A stretch of 64,000 nucleotides of DNA from Octopus sinensis (lineage: Eukaryota): contig NC_043007.1 of assembly GCF_006345805.1 (NCBI RefSeq), positions 22,382,001 to 22,446,000 of the forward strand, given 5' to 3'. Every line of letters starts with the position of its first letter. Position 1 is the first letter of the stretch. The notes beneath the pieces are model-generated. The model searched no databases. It was not told the origin of the DNA and was given only the letters and a program-made list of their open reading frames with translations. The translations under genes were made by a program, and so were the position numbers. This document shows, piece by piece, positions 49,561 to 61,854 of this stretch.

Positions 49561-50754
49561 AAGCCAGGAACTTTACTGCACCCCCTTGTGTATATATGTG
49601 TCTGTATATATAAGCATGGTTATGGATTAGAAGCTCACCTTGCAACCAATGGTCTCAGGTTCAGTCCCACTGTATGACCTCTTGGGTATTACTCTTTACT
49701 CTTTTACTCTTTTACTTGTTTCAGTCATTTGACTGCGGCCATGCTGGAGCACCGCCTTTAGTCGAGCAAATCAACCCCGGGACTTATTCTTTGTAAGCCC
49801 AGTACTTATTCTATCGGCCTTTTTTGCCGAACCGCTAAGTGACGGGGACGTAAACACACCAGCATTGGTTGTCAAGCAATGCTAGGGGGACAAACACAGA
49901 CACATACACATAAATATACATATATACGACAGGCTTCTTTCAGTTTCCGTCTACCAAATCCACTCACAAGGCATTGGTCGGCCCGGGGCTATAGCAGAAG
50001 ACACTTGCCCAACATGCCACGCAGTGGGACTGAACCCGGAACCATGTGATTGGTTAGTAAGCTACTTACCACACAGCCACTCCTGCGCCTACTATGGCCC
50101 TCAGCTGACTTATATTATGTGAGTGAGCTTGGTAAATGGAAACAGCGTGGAAGTATGTCATGTGTATGTATGTGTGTGCGTGTGTATAGCCTTGTGTCTA
50201 TTTGTCCTTCATCACCACTTGGCAACTGGTGTTGGATTGTTTACTCTCTTGTGACATAGTGGTTCAACAAAAGAGACAAGTGTGTGTGTTCCTTATTGAG
50301 CCACGCCTGGCTCCAAAGGGCCGGTTTCCTGGTTTCCTTGGCGTATAGGTTCCCCACTTGGACGGGAAGCCGGTTCGTCACAGGTGAGCTGCAAGATGCA
50401 GGAGGAAAGAGTGAGAGAAAGTTGTGGCGAAAGAGTCAGCAGAAGTTTGCCATTACCTTCTGCCGGAGCCGTGTGGAGCTTATGTGATTTGCTCATAAAC
50501 ACACACATCGCCTGGTCTGGGTAGTAAAGAAATACGTATTTCGTCTGCCGCTTCGTTCTGAGTTCGAATTCCACCGAGGTCGACTTTGCCTTTCATCCTT
50601 TCGGGTTCGATTAAATAAATACCAGTTACGCACTGGGGTCGATATAATCGACTTAATCCCTTTGTTTGTCCCCTCTATGTTTAGCCCTTGTGGGCAATAA
50701 AGAAATAATAAACACTATCTTTATCCTTTAGTTGATCTACCTATTTGCACTTAC

Positions 50755-51155
50755 GTCTCTCTATCTCTTTCTCTCTCTCTCTCTCTGATTTTTTTTATAT
50801 CGCTGTTCCCCCTCTCTCTCTCTCTCTCTCTCTCACGCGCGCGCACACTATTTCCATAAGGTCTCAGTCGATCCATCAAAATTATAGCGTCTGTAAATAT
50901 AGACTACCGGAAGCGCGTGTTTCTGCATGTCATGCGCAATACGATCGGGTTCCCTGCCCTGCCCAAAATTGATCTAGTTGTTGTTTATATGTAACTATCG
51001 AAACGGGCGTTCCAGCTGCACGTTCAAACAAGGTGTCGTTTTGTCAAAACTTGTGTACTGAGACGATGCGTAGCGATTTATTCCGTGATTATTTTGGTTT
51101 TATCAACAACAGGGTTCGAAGAATTACTAGTCTACAGTTCGTTTAAATCGTGCAG
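50755..51155. promoter_or_regulatory. Candidate bidirectional promoter with divergent first exons
   Basis: Locally CpG-rich and non-repetitive; CCGGAAG (ETS-like) at 50907-50913 and GCGCGTG/TGCGCA motifs; + donor CAG|GTAAGT at 51155/6 and - donor GAC|GTAAGT at 50755/4. Confidence 0.55.
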
Positions 51156-51290
51156 GTAAGTTCTCTCTGCCAAACTTCTCCGACGTGTTAACTCTGTCTG
51201 AAGATCTGGTTCCATTCTGTCGTTTTGATACACAGAACTGTTTGTTTCACCAAATCGTAACCTCTGTGTGTGTGTGATGAGAGAGCAAAA

Positions 51291-51470
51291 GAAATTTGGC
51301 GATCTTTCGTCTCTAGTAGACCTTTCCGTCGATTTCCGTAAAAAAATTTTTTTTTTTACATATGGGCTTGCGGGAACTTTTGAAGTAATGAGAGCGAAAG
51401 AGACTAAGAGAAAGCGATTGTATGACGAGGGAAGTTCTTTTGAAGTTACCGTGCATGGAAAGCATTGATG

Positions 51471-51508
<38 letters not shown>

Positions 51509-51739
51509 ATGGGGTGTGGGAGACAGTATGTTGTATAAGTGAAGTGCTTCTGTTAGTGTGTGTGAAGAGATAGAGTAATGTGTGAAAGAAAGAGATAACT
51601 GAAATTTTTTACTCGGTGTATGTGTATATGTATGTATATTACTTCAAAAGTTCCCGCAAACCCATATGTAAAAAAAAAAAAAAATTTTACGGAAATCGAC
51701 GGAAAGGTCTACTAGAGACGAAAGATCGCCAGAAATTTC
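51291..51739. repeat. Inverted repeat, about 100-bp arms around a (TG)n spacer
   Basis: 51291-51389 (ggcgatctttcgtctctagtagacctttccgtcgatttccgta...gaagtaat) is the near-exact reverse complement of 51638-51739. Confidence 0.92.
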
Positions 51740-51953
51740 ATTGCGTATTATTCTTATATTGTATTGTGTTACCGAAAATAACGCCGATTGTGGGAATGAT
51801 AATTCTACAGACACAAACTTTCAGAGCCGTAACGAAAGGAGGCGAGGCAGAGATGGGGCCCGATGAGGCTGTGTAACGTTCATGCTTATTCTCACAACCA
51901 GTTCAACCTCATGTTGAAATAGTTACAATTAAAGAACTCGGTTTGCAATTCAG

Positions 51954-51985
<32 letters not shown>

Positions 51986-52125
51986 GTTTGGAATTTTGCC
52001 GCAAGGGCAGCCTCTCCTCATAACATCAGTACATCTCATGTGGTACTACTGTTACTGCTTCTACTTACTAGTGGTAAGAAAAGACCGATATCAAGAAAAG
52101 ACCGACGCATTCATAGACACGGGTC

Positions 52126-52367
52126 GGTACTACTTGAGAACAGTGGTCCCGGTGCGCGCACTCGTGTACTCGCGCATCCGCGCTTGCAAGTCATGACCAG
52201 TCGATCGTGTTTTTTGTGTGTTATTTACTTTGTTTAAAAAATTATTTATTTTGTGGTTTATTTACTTTGCTAGGTAGTCGTTGTAGAATCGACTAGTCAC
52301 GACTAGCTAGCGCGGATGCGCGAGTACGCGAGTGCGCGCACCGGGACCACTGTTCTCAAGTAGTACC
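52126..52367. mobile_element. Merlin-like MITE (242 bp)
   Basis: 59-bp TIRs with one mismatch, starting GGTACTAC and extendable to about 80 bp; exact 8-bp TSD cacgggtc at 52118-25 and 52368-75. GG termini with an 8-9 bp TSD are characteristic of Merlin/IS1016. Confidence 0.75.
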
Positions 52368-53314
52368 CACGGGTCTATTGTCAATTCCCATCTACTTTTT
52401 CTTGTGGATTTTCGTGGATTCCTGAAATATAAAATTACTTCTACTACTACACACTACACTTTTTCTGTCACCGTCGTTCCTACACTACTGATAAAACACT
52501 ACTACTACTATTACTACAATCCCTATACTTAGATGACCACGACCCCAACAATCAGAGGCCCCTATAGCGACACAAATATGACTTTCACCACCACCAACAC
52601 CCGTACCATCATTACTATTATTACTTCTGCAAGTACCCTTATCAGGATCATAGCTGTTGCTGTGAGTGCCTTCCGTGTCCTTTTAATCTTACAAGTAGCA
52701 ACACGTCTATGAACCCCCGTCCCTTTTTTTCTTCTTTTTGGTCACAAGCCTGCATAGATACAATACATCTACAATAACAAAACTCTAACATTAAACTCTT
52801 CAAGCTGAGATGACAGGGACACCTGATAAAACACAAAAGCCTTGACAATTATCATCGGAGTTCTGTCTTGTAATTTAGAAGGTTTCAGTATAGGTGCAGG
52901 CGTGGCTGTGTGGTAGGAAGCTTGCTTCCCGACCACATGGTTCCGGGTTCAGTCCCACTGCGTGACACCTTGGACAAGTGTCTTCTACTATAGCCTCGGG
53001 CCAACCAAAGCCTTGTGAGTGGATTTGGTAGACAGAAGCCCGTCGTGTGTGTGTGTGTATATATATATGGAAAAAAAAATGTCAAGATAGAAAATGGTAA
53101 AATAATTTTATAAAAAACATTGAGACTTTTTCAACTGTAAGTATGGAAAGCAAATTTTGGAAAAATTAAAAGAATATTTGCATAGTGTTCAAATACAAGT
53201 GGCATTTTCCTTGTTTCTGCCTGTCTCTGTCTCTCTTGTTTACTCTTGTGAGTTTGAGGTCATTTTGAATTCTTGGTAGGGAAGAAGAAGAATGTGGGAG
53301 TGCCATGACAGTAG

Positions 53315-53383
<69 letters not shown>

Positions 53384-53394
53384 TCAAGATTAAT

Positions 53395-53530
53395 CAGCCG
53401 AAATTGCGAAGATGATCCGGTTCTTGACTGATGACTGAGAACTTCAAAAGTCCCGTCCGTGTTTTTTGTGTCGTCTTCTAAATGTTTCACGTTCTTGTCC
53501 CAGTTTGTGTATTTTTTTTTTTTTTACTTT

Positions 53531-53580
<50 letters not shown>

Positions 53581-53700
53581 ACGATACAAAATGAGACAAG
53601 AACGCAAAACATCCAAATAGACGATACAAAAAATATGGACGGGTCATTCGAAGCCTTTAATCTTCAGTCAAGAACCGGATCATCGTCGCAATTTCGGCTG
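53395..53700. repeat. Fold-back element with a central (TA)n
   Basis: cagccgaaattgcgaagatgatccggttcttgactga pairs with tcagtcaagaaccggatcatcgtcgcaatttcggctg; inner arms pair imperfectly. The six-frame track shows matching peptides on both strands. Confidence 0.88.
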
Positions 53701-53881
53701 GGAGTACGCCACTGAAATCGTAATTGGAAATCAAAAAAATTTTATCCGTGACTCTACCACTTTTTCCTCGTTCTTTTTCCTTGTACTTTTTCCTCGTCCT
53801 TTTTTACCTTTCTTCTTCTGTGTACCGTTGACGATTTTTTTCCCCTCTGTCTTCCCTTCTCTGGATCTTTCCTTCTCCTAT

Positions 53882-53916
53882 GTTTCCGACGAAGAGCTCT
53901 GCTCGAAACGTTAAAC
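53882..53916 (+). ncRNA. Minimal type I hammerhead ribozyme-like motif (PLE type)
   Basis: Stem I gttt/aaac; core CCGACGA (U4C); extra A after A9; stem II gagc-tct-gctc; GAAA; palindromic ACGT stem III; GUU cleavage triplet. Confidence 0.55.
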
Positions 53917-54295
53917 TCTCCTTCTTTCCTGAGCATCCAATAATACTTTATTTGTTCCACGTCCTCGCGTTGTTGTGTTTTTTAATGCTTTCTTGTTTGG
54001 ATTAACTATATATATATATATATACTTATTTGTGTTTGTCCCTCCTTCCTCCCACCATCGTCTGACAACCGATGTTAATGTGTTTACGTTTCTGTAACTT
54101 AGCGGTTCAGCAAAACAAACCAACAGAATAAGTACTCGGCTTACAAAGAATAAGACCTGTGATCGATTTCTTCGACTAAAAACCGTTTAGAGCAGCGATC
54201 CAGCATGGCCACAGTCAAATGACTGAAACAACTCTACTTTAGTGTAGTCAACAAACTTTCCACAGAAGACCCTGTTCTGCAGGGGTCTCCAACCA

Positions 54296-54720
54296 CCGGG
54301 ATTGCGGATCAGCATTCTTCACTGCCACCGCATCGATCGGGTTCCTACAGCCGGTCTTCGTCATTGCCTGAATCTCCGGCCCCTCCCTTTGGTGCTTCTA
54401 CAACGGCGCTTAAAGTGGTTTGGTCATGTGGCCCGGCGTCCAGAGGGTGAGCTGATTCACGATGTCCTCCCCCCACCTCCACTTCCCAGCTGGCGCAGAT
54501 GCGCAGGCGGGCAGCTGGAGACCTGGGCAACGACGATAAAGGAGGACCTCTCCGAACTCCCAGGTCCGCAGGTGGTCGGTCTGCGCAGATGGAACCGCGA
54601 ATGGCTCGCTATCTCCAGTGACCTCACACAAGACTGTCGAGTGTGGGTCACCATGGTTCATGATGCTGTTAGGACCAGAGAAGAAGCCACCCTGGGTGAA
54701 CGCCGTCACAAGTTCAAGTC
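54296..54720 (+). mobile_element. RTE-clade LINE 3' fragment
   Basis: QRRLKWFGHVARRPEGELIHDVL...WRRCAGGQLETWATTIKEDL...LTQDCRVW matches the RTE C-terminal RL.WFGHV.R / W..T.K.DL / QDR..W motifs. Confidence 0.88.
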
Positions 54721-55317
54721 AGTACTCACTCAGAGTGAGAGAGAGGGAAAGAGAAAGACTCAGTTTCATTGCTAGAAGAGCTAAAGGTTTACTTGACATT
54801 TTCCATCCACCCCATCCTCACTCTGGCTGGTATGGCATTGGAACTCTCACCTGCACCACTGGTGCTTAAGTGTTAGGGAAACCATCAACTACTTCTATGG
54901 AACCTTCTGAGCACTTAAAGGAGTTTCACACAGTAACATAGCTAGGAAAGGGTGAGGGAGCAGTCTGCCCCAAACGAAGCTATTATGGGGAAGGGTGACA
55001 CTTTTGGGCCTGCTGTATACTGTAATCCTGTATAGGCAGTGAGCTGGCAGAATCGTTAGCACGTGAAATGCTTGGCGGTATTTCGGCTGCCGTTACGTTG
55101 TGAATTCAAATTCCGCCGAGGTTGACTTTGCCTTTCATCCTTTCGGGGTTGATTAAATAAGTACCAGCTACGCACTAGGGTCGGTGTAATCAACTTAATC
55201 CCTTTGTCTGTCCTTGTTTGTCCCCTCTGTGTTTAGCCCCTTGTGGGTAGTAAAGAAATATGTATAGGGGGCTGTGGGCATTAGGGGAGGGGTTGCAGGT
55301 GGCACACACTCTAGCTA

Positions 55318-55882
55318 TTGGATTGTCTGGAAAGTTTGTGCCGATTTATAATAGCTTACCTTTCGACTTATTTTAGAACATGGTTGAGTCCATAAAATAG
55401 GATTTGATTACACCTTCATTTAGAGCACAGTTTAAGCTATCTTTTTGTGGAAGAAGGTTTGTGTTCCTATAACCTGTGTTAATTCTGTAACCCTTTAAAA
55501 TGGAAGATAAGAATATTCATTTTCGGCACTTGATGCTTTGGGAACCAGACAAAAATTGCTGCAGCTCGGCTGGGATGTGTTACCCCACCTTCCATATTCA
55601 CCAGATATTGCTCCTTCGGATTTCCACTTATTCAGGTCTCTGCAGAATAGTCTTAATGGTAAAAGTTTCAATTCCTTGGATGATGTAAAAAGATACCTTG
55701 ATGAATTCTTTGCCATGAAACTACCTCAATTCTGGGAAGAGGGTATTTTCAAGTTAAAGGAAAGATGGAGATGCATTGTGCAACAAAATGGTTCATATCT
55801 GGTTGATTAAAAATTGATGGCAAGTATTTATTGACCTTTTCCTTTCCTTTAAAAATTGGTACAAACTTTCCGGACAACCCAA
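55318..55882 (+). mobile_element. Internally deleted mariner transposon
   Basis: TIRs of about 30 bp (ttggattgtctggaaagtttgt / acaaactttccggacaacccaa) with TA TSD. Transposase N-terminus MEDKNIHFRHLML is joined out of frame to the C-terminus TRQKLLQLGWDVLPHLPYSPDIAPSDFHLF...KLKERWRCIV (YSPD.APSD motif). Confidence 0.93.
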
Positions 55883-57551
55883 TACATCACTGATTTCACA
55901 TGTGCTCTTACTGCTGAGTATTACTACGTATCTGTTATATATGAAGCGGTAGCGGCTCGTAGATAAAATTAGTGGTGGGGGGTGCTGCTTCAGAAAATTT
56001 TTAGCCATTGTTTTAATATTTGTATAAAAAGAAACAAACATTTAAAAAGAAAATTTATACATAAACTTGATCGGTTCGCGCTTTAGCCACTGCCGGGTAG
56101 TGTGTTTAATTTGTTCACTAAACACTGCCACGAATTCCCCCTAAATTACAAAATAAGGGGGGTGGGAATCTGCCCTATTTTTCAAATCCTGGGAGCAATG
56201 CTGTAGCTGGAAGCAGGATAATAATCTAATTCTACACTTTATCACATTCAAGTATATAAACACGTTTTTAAGCAGAATACATAGGGAGTCAAAAAGAAAC
56301 ACTACTTTTCACTACTGGGGTAGGCACTGCATGATGTTAAATCCATGCCAATCTGTTGTCCATGCTGGCATGGATTGGACAGGTTAACCAGAGCTGGCAA
56401 GGCTGGAAAGCTGCACCAGACTCCAGTCTGATTTGGCATGCCCTTCCTAACACCAACCACTTTACAGTGTGTGCTGGGTGTTTTTAACACACACACACAT
56501 ATGCATGCACATACATATACACAGTTTCTGTCTACCAAATTCATTCACAAAACATTGGTTGACCCAGGGCTATAGTAGAAGACTATAAAGCGGCGAGCTG
56601 GCAGACATGTTAGCATGCCAGGCGAAATGCTTAGCAGTATTTCGTCTGTCGTTACGTTCTGAGTTCAAATTCCGCTGAGGTCAACTTTGCCTTTCATCTT
56701 TTCGGGGTCGATAAATAAAGTACCAGTTTCGCACTGGGGGCGATGTAATCGACTCAATCCCTTCGTCTGTCCTTGTTTGTCCCCTCTATGTTTAGCCCCT
56801 TGTGGGCAGTAAAGAAATATATAGTAGAAGACAATTGCTCAAGGTGCTGTGCAGTGGGACTGAACTCCAAACCACGTGGTTCGAAAGCAAACTTCTCAGC
56901 CATAACAACCATAGCTACGACTATTGATTGGAGGGGTTTAAACAACAATATCAGCATGGAGTATTTTCTGTATCCATGTTGCCCACCTCAACTCCACCTT
57001 TTTCTAATTAACACAGAACAATTGACCCTAAAATGTAATTAGGCATTAAGGCAGTGGATTATAATTCATATCTAAACAACACCACAACAGCAGCAGCTGT
57101 GACCCCACCTGTTTTAACCCCCCTTCTGTTGCCTTGCTTCGGCTGATCGACGAAGCTACAGCATACGAATGCTGCTTGTCAGTACAACTTTCTCCTCATA
57201 ATCAATAATTTGGTAATTAACCCTCTTGCAACATCCACCATTCATCTCCATCCAATTTCCTGTGCGTTTCAACCCCAATTAAACTTTTATTATTAATAGC
57301 CGGACTTCTGTTCTTTGTTTTGCCAGGCTGTTTCTGCTTCACTAAATTCCACATACTGCCTCATTAGGTCTTGCATATATATATAGATATACATATATTG
57401 TATATATATGTATATAAGCTTGCACACACACACTCATATATGAGTATATATATAGATATGTGTGTGCATATATATATGCATATATATGATATATATATAA
57501 TGCATATATATGCGCGTGCATATATATGAATGTATATATATATATGTATGT

Positions 57552-57599
<48 letters not shown>

Positions 57600-57833
57600 G
57601 TATATGTATGTGTCATCATCATCATCATCATCATCATTTAACGTCCGCTTTCCATGCTAGCATGGGTTGGACGGTTCAACTGGGGTCTGGGGAGCCCGAA
57701 AGCTGCACCAGTCCAGTCAGATCTGGCAGTGTTTCTACAGCTGGATGCCCTTCCTAACGCCAACCACTCCGAGAGTGTAGTGGGTGATTTTATGTGCCAC
57801 CGACACAGGTGCACATAAACCTGTGTCGGTGTG

Positions 57834-57910
<77 letters not shown>

Positions 57911-59029
57911 CCTGTTTACTGATGTATACAGAATGCTTAGCTGGATGTAATAGGGCATTGTGTAAAAACTAACGAGGCTGAAGCAGATCTCGAACAGAAC
58001 AATGGGCAAATATATATATATATATATACATATCTATATTTGCTATGTATCAGAGCACACAACAATCTCGAGTGAATGCTCAGTTATAGTGTTGTCTCTT
58101 TGTCTCTGTGAATATCCTTACCATATTGTTGTTTTTAGCATCCACTTTTCCAGGCTCACATGGATAGGACGAAATTTGTTCCTTACTTGGAAATAGGCAA
58201 GGGTTCAAGACAGAAAGAGCATCCAGCCATAGAAAAAAAAATCTGCCTCATCAAGCATGGAAAAGTGGGGGTTAATTAAGGACCTCTTATCTTGTTCTTG
58301 TTTCAGTCATTGGACTGCGACCATGCTGGGGCACCACCTTGAAAACTTTTTTATCGAATTGACCCTAGCATTTATTTTTTTTTTCTTTCAACCTGGTACT
58401 TATTCTGTCAGTTTCTTTTGACAAACCACTAAGTTATAGGGATGTAAACACACCAACACCAGTTGTGAAGCAATGGGTGGTAGTGGTGGGGTCAACAAAG
58501 ACACACTCACATGTACACACATAATGGGCTTTTTTTTTGGTTTCTGTCTACTAAATCCACTCACAAGGCTTCAGTTGGCCCATGGCTATAGTAGAAGCCA
58601 TTTGCCCAAGGTTCCATGGTGTGTGACTGAACCTGGGACCATGTGGTTGGCAAGCAAGCTACTTATCACATAGCCACGTCTGGATGTTTATGATGACGAT
58701 GATGATGCTATTTATATTACCCAATATATTAAGGCGGCGAGCTGGCAGAAACGTTAGCACGCCGGGCGAAATGCTTAGCAGTATTTCGTCTGCCATTACG
58801 TTCTGAGTTCAAATTCCGCCGAGGTCGACTTTGCCTTTCATCCTTTCAGGGTCGATAAATAAAGTACCAGTTTCGCACTGGGGTTGATATAATCGACTTA
58901 ATCCCTTTGTCTGTCCTTGTTTGTCCTCTCTGTGTTTAGCCCCTTCTGGGCAATAAAGAAATATATATATATATATATATATATATATTACCCAATGATT
59001 GGTGTAGCAGCATTATGGTCAGCTGCTAG

Positions 59030-59385
59030 AAAGGGGCACAGAAATACTTACAGGGGCATCAAATTGCTGGACTAGGTTGTGAAAGTTGCAGAAAGGGTCA
59101 TAGCTTGATTAATTAGAAAGTGAGTTAATATAGATGAAATGCAGTTTGGATTTGTGCCACTGATGTTATCTTCCTGGTAAGACAGCTGCAGGAAAAATAC
59201 TTGGCCAAAAATAAACCTCAGTGTCTGGCTTTTGTTGACATAGAAAAGGCTTTATCTGGTGGCAATACAGAAGCTAGGGATAGATAAGGGGTTAGTGAGG
59301 GCTGTACAAGCTATGTACAGAGATACTATTAGTAAGGTGAGAGTTGCCAATGAGTATAGCAGAGTTTTGTGTACAAACAGGAGTC
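59030..59385 (+). mobile_element. RTE-clade reverse transcriptase fragment
   Basis: YRGIKLLD...IDEMQFGFVP..TDVIFLVRQLQEKYLAKNKP..LAFVDIEKA...KLGID..LVRAVQAMY covers RT subdomains 1-3, with stops and deletions. Confidence 0.85.
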
Positions 59386-61109
59386 CACCAATGCATGCAT
59401 GCATGCATATAACCCATTTCTTTACTACCCACAAGGGGCTAAACACAGAGAGGACAAACAAGGACAGACAAACGGATTAAGTCGATTACATCGACCCCAG
59501 TGTGTAACTGGTACTTAATTTATCAATCCTGAAAGGATGAAAGGCAAAGTCGACCTCGGGGGAATTTGAACTCAGAACGTAGCGGCAGACGAAATACGGC
59601 TAAGTATTTCGCCCGGCGTGCTAACGTTTCTGCCAGCTCGCCGCATATAACCATCCACCCATGCATGCATGTATGTATGTATCCATCCATCCACCCATCC
59701 ACCCATGCATGCGTGTTTGGGTTTACAAACAGGAGGAACAAGACCTGATGTATGTAATAGGGCTAAATCATATACTTTAATGTGAGGCTTGTCTCTGTTG
59801 GTCCTCTCTATTTTAGCTGTTTGCAGGGGACAGGACGTAGTCTCAGCTTTGAATAAATGCTTAATATTACACACAGGCACACGTGTATGTAATATTAAAA
59901 TTCAGATTCTGTCCTGATGTAACTGCATTTAAAAAAAAAAAAGACACACAAGAAAAAAACAGTACATTGTGTCAGTTAAATGTTTTCACTAATGTACTCT
60001 TACACATCATCATCATCATTGTTTAACGTCTGCTTTCCATGCTAGCATGGGTTGGACGATTTGACTGAGGTCTGGCGAACCAGATGGCTGCACCAGGCTC
60101 CAATCTGATCTGGCAGAGTTTCTACAGCTGGAAGCCCTTCCTAACGCCAACCACTCTGAGAGTGTAGTGGGTGCTTTTACATGCCACCGGCACGAGGGCC
60201 AGTCAGGCGGTACTGGCAACGGCCACGCTCAAATGGTGCTTTTTATGTGCCACCTGCACAGGAGCCAGTCCAGCGGCACTGGCAAAAGTCCCTTTTGCCT
60301 AAATTAATTTCCAGCATTTCTGTACCCTAGAACCCTACTTTATCTCCATCACTAGACAACAGAGAACACGAAAAGAACGCAGTTGGTGAGAAGAATCTCA
60401 GATAGGCACAGGAGTGGCTGTGTGGTAAGTAGCTTGTTTACCAACCACATGGTTCCGGGTTCAGTCCCACTGCATGGCACCTTGGGCAAGTGTCTTCTAC
60501 TATAGCCTCGGGCCGATCAAAGCCTTGTGAGTGGATTTGATAGACGGAAACTGAAAAAAGTCCGTCGTATATATGTATATATATATATGTGTGTGCATGT
60601 ATGTATGTGTGTCTGTGTTTGTCCCCCTAGCATTGCTTGACAACTGATGCTGGTGTGTTTATGTCCCCGTCACTTAGCAGTTCGGCAAAAGAGACCGATA
60701 GAATAAGTACTGGGCTTACAAAGAATAAGTCCCGGGGTCGAGTTGCTCGATTAAAGGCGTTGCTCCAGCATGGCTGCAGTCAAATGACTGAAACAAGTAA
60801 AAGAGTAAAGAGAGTATATACATTTGACACGTGTGTATGCACATGTGCATCCTTGTAAGGTTTAGAACCAAAGCATGCATCATGAGAAATGCATTAATTT
60901 TTGATGAGATAAATTGCAGGAAATATAAATTCGTGGACATCTATTTTGCCATTTAGTACTGCATGTATACCCATACTCAACCCTCTTGAGGTATAAGGAC
61001 AATCACCAGAAGTAATATATAATTCATGGGTTTTCTTTCACCACTCTCTCTCTCTCTCGTTCTGTTGGTCATCATCTCCCAGTGCGTTTGTAGTAATGCC
61101 TGTCTTAGC

Positions 61110-61735
61110 TCTAAGTCTTGAATGTGTGTGTGTGCATGTGTGAATGTGTGCGTGCGTATGAATGTGTGTGCATGCATGAATGTGTGTGCATGCATATGAA
61201 TGTGTGTGTGCATGAATATGTGCATGCGTAAATGTGTGTGCATGCTATGAATGTGTGCATGCGTGAATGTGGGCATGCATGAATGTGTGTGTGCGTGAAT
61301 GTGTGCATGCATATGAATGTGTGTGTGTGAATGTTGACATGCGTGAATGTGTGTGTGTGAATGTTGACATGCGTGAATGTGTGTGTGTGAATGTGTGTGT
61401 ATGTGAATATGTACGTGCATGAATGTGTGTGTGTATGAATGTATGTGTGTGTGAATGTATGTGTGCGTGAATGTGTGCATGCATATGAATGTGTGCGTAT
61501 GTATGAATGTGCGTGCGGGAGTATGAATGCGTGCATGCTTGAATGTGAGCATGTGTGAATGTGTGTGTGCATGAATGTATGTGTGTGTGAATGTGTGTTT
61601 GTGCATATGAATGTGTTTGTGCATAGGAATGTGTGCATGCATGAATGCGTGTGTACATGAATATGTTTGTGAATGTGTGCATATGTGAATGTGTGTATGC
61701 GTGAATGTGTGTGTGTGTGCATGAATGTGTGTGGC
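61110..61735. repeat. (TG)-derived minisatellite (gaatgtgtg units)
   Basis: Dozens of gaatgtgtg(tg/cat) variants; source of the His/Thr-rich spurious ORFs. Confidence 0.92.
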
Positions 61736-61854
61736 TTAATGGTTAGGGTATTCGGCTTGTGACCATAGGGTTGTGAGTTCGATACTCGGCAATGTGTTGT
61801 GTCCTTCAGTAAAACACTTTATTTCCCGTTACTGCAGTCCTCTCAGTTTTGTTG

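Noticed and set aside
52013-52650. Region that reads like complemented (mirror) DNA, with a TIR loosely recalling the Drosophila P-element end
   Set aside because: (TAC)n/(CAC)n tracts occur naturally on the reverse strand elsewhere in the window. The TSD fixes the termini as GG...CC, which fits Merlin rather than P.
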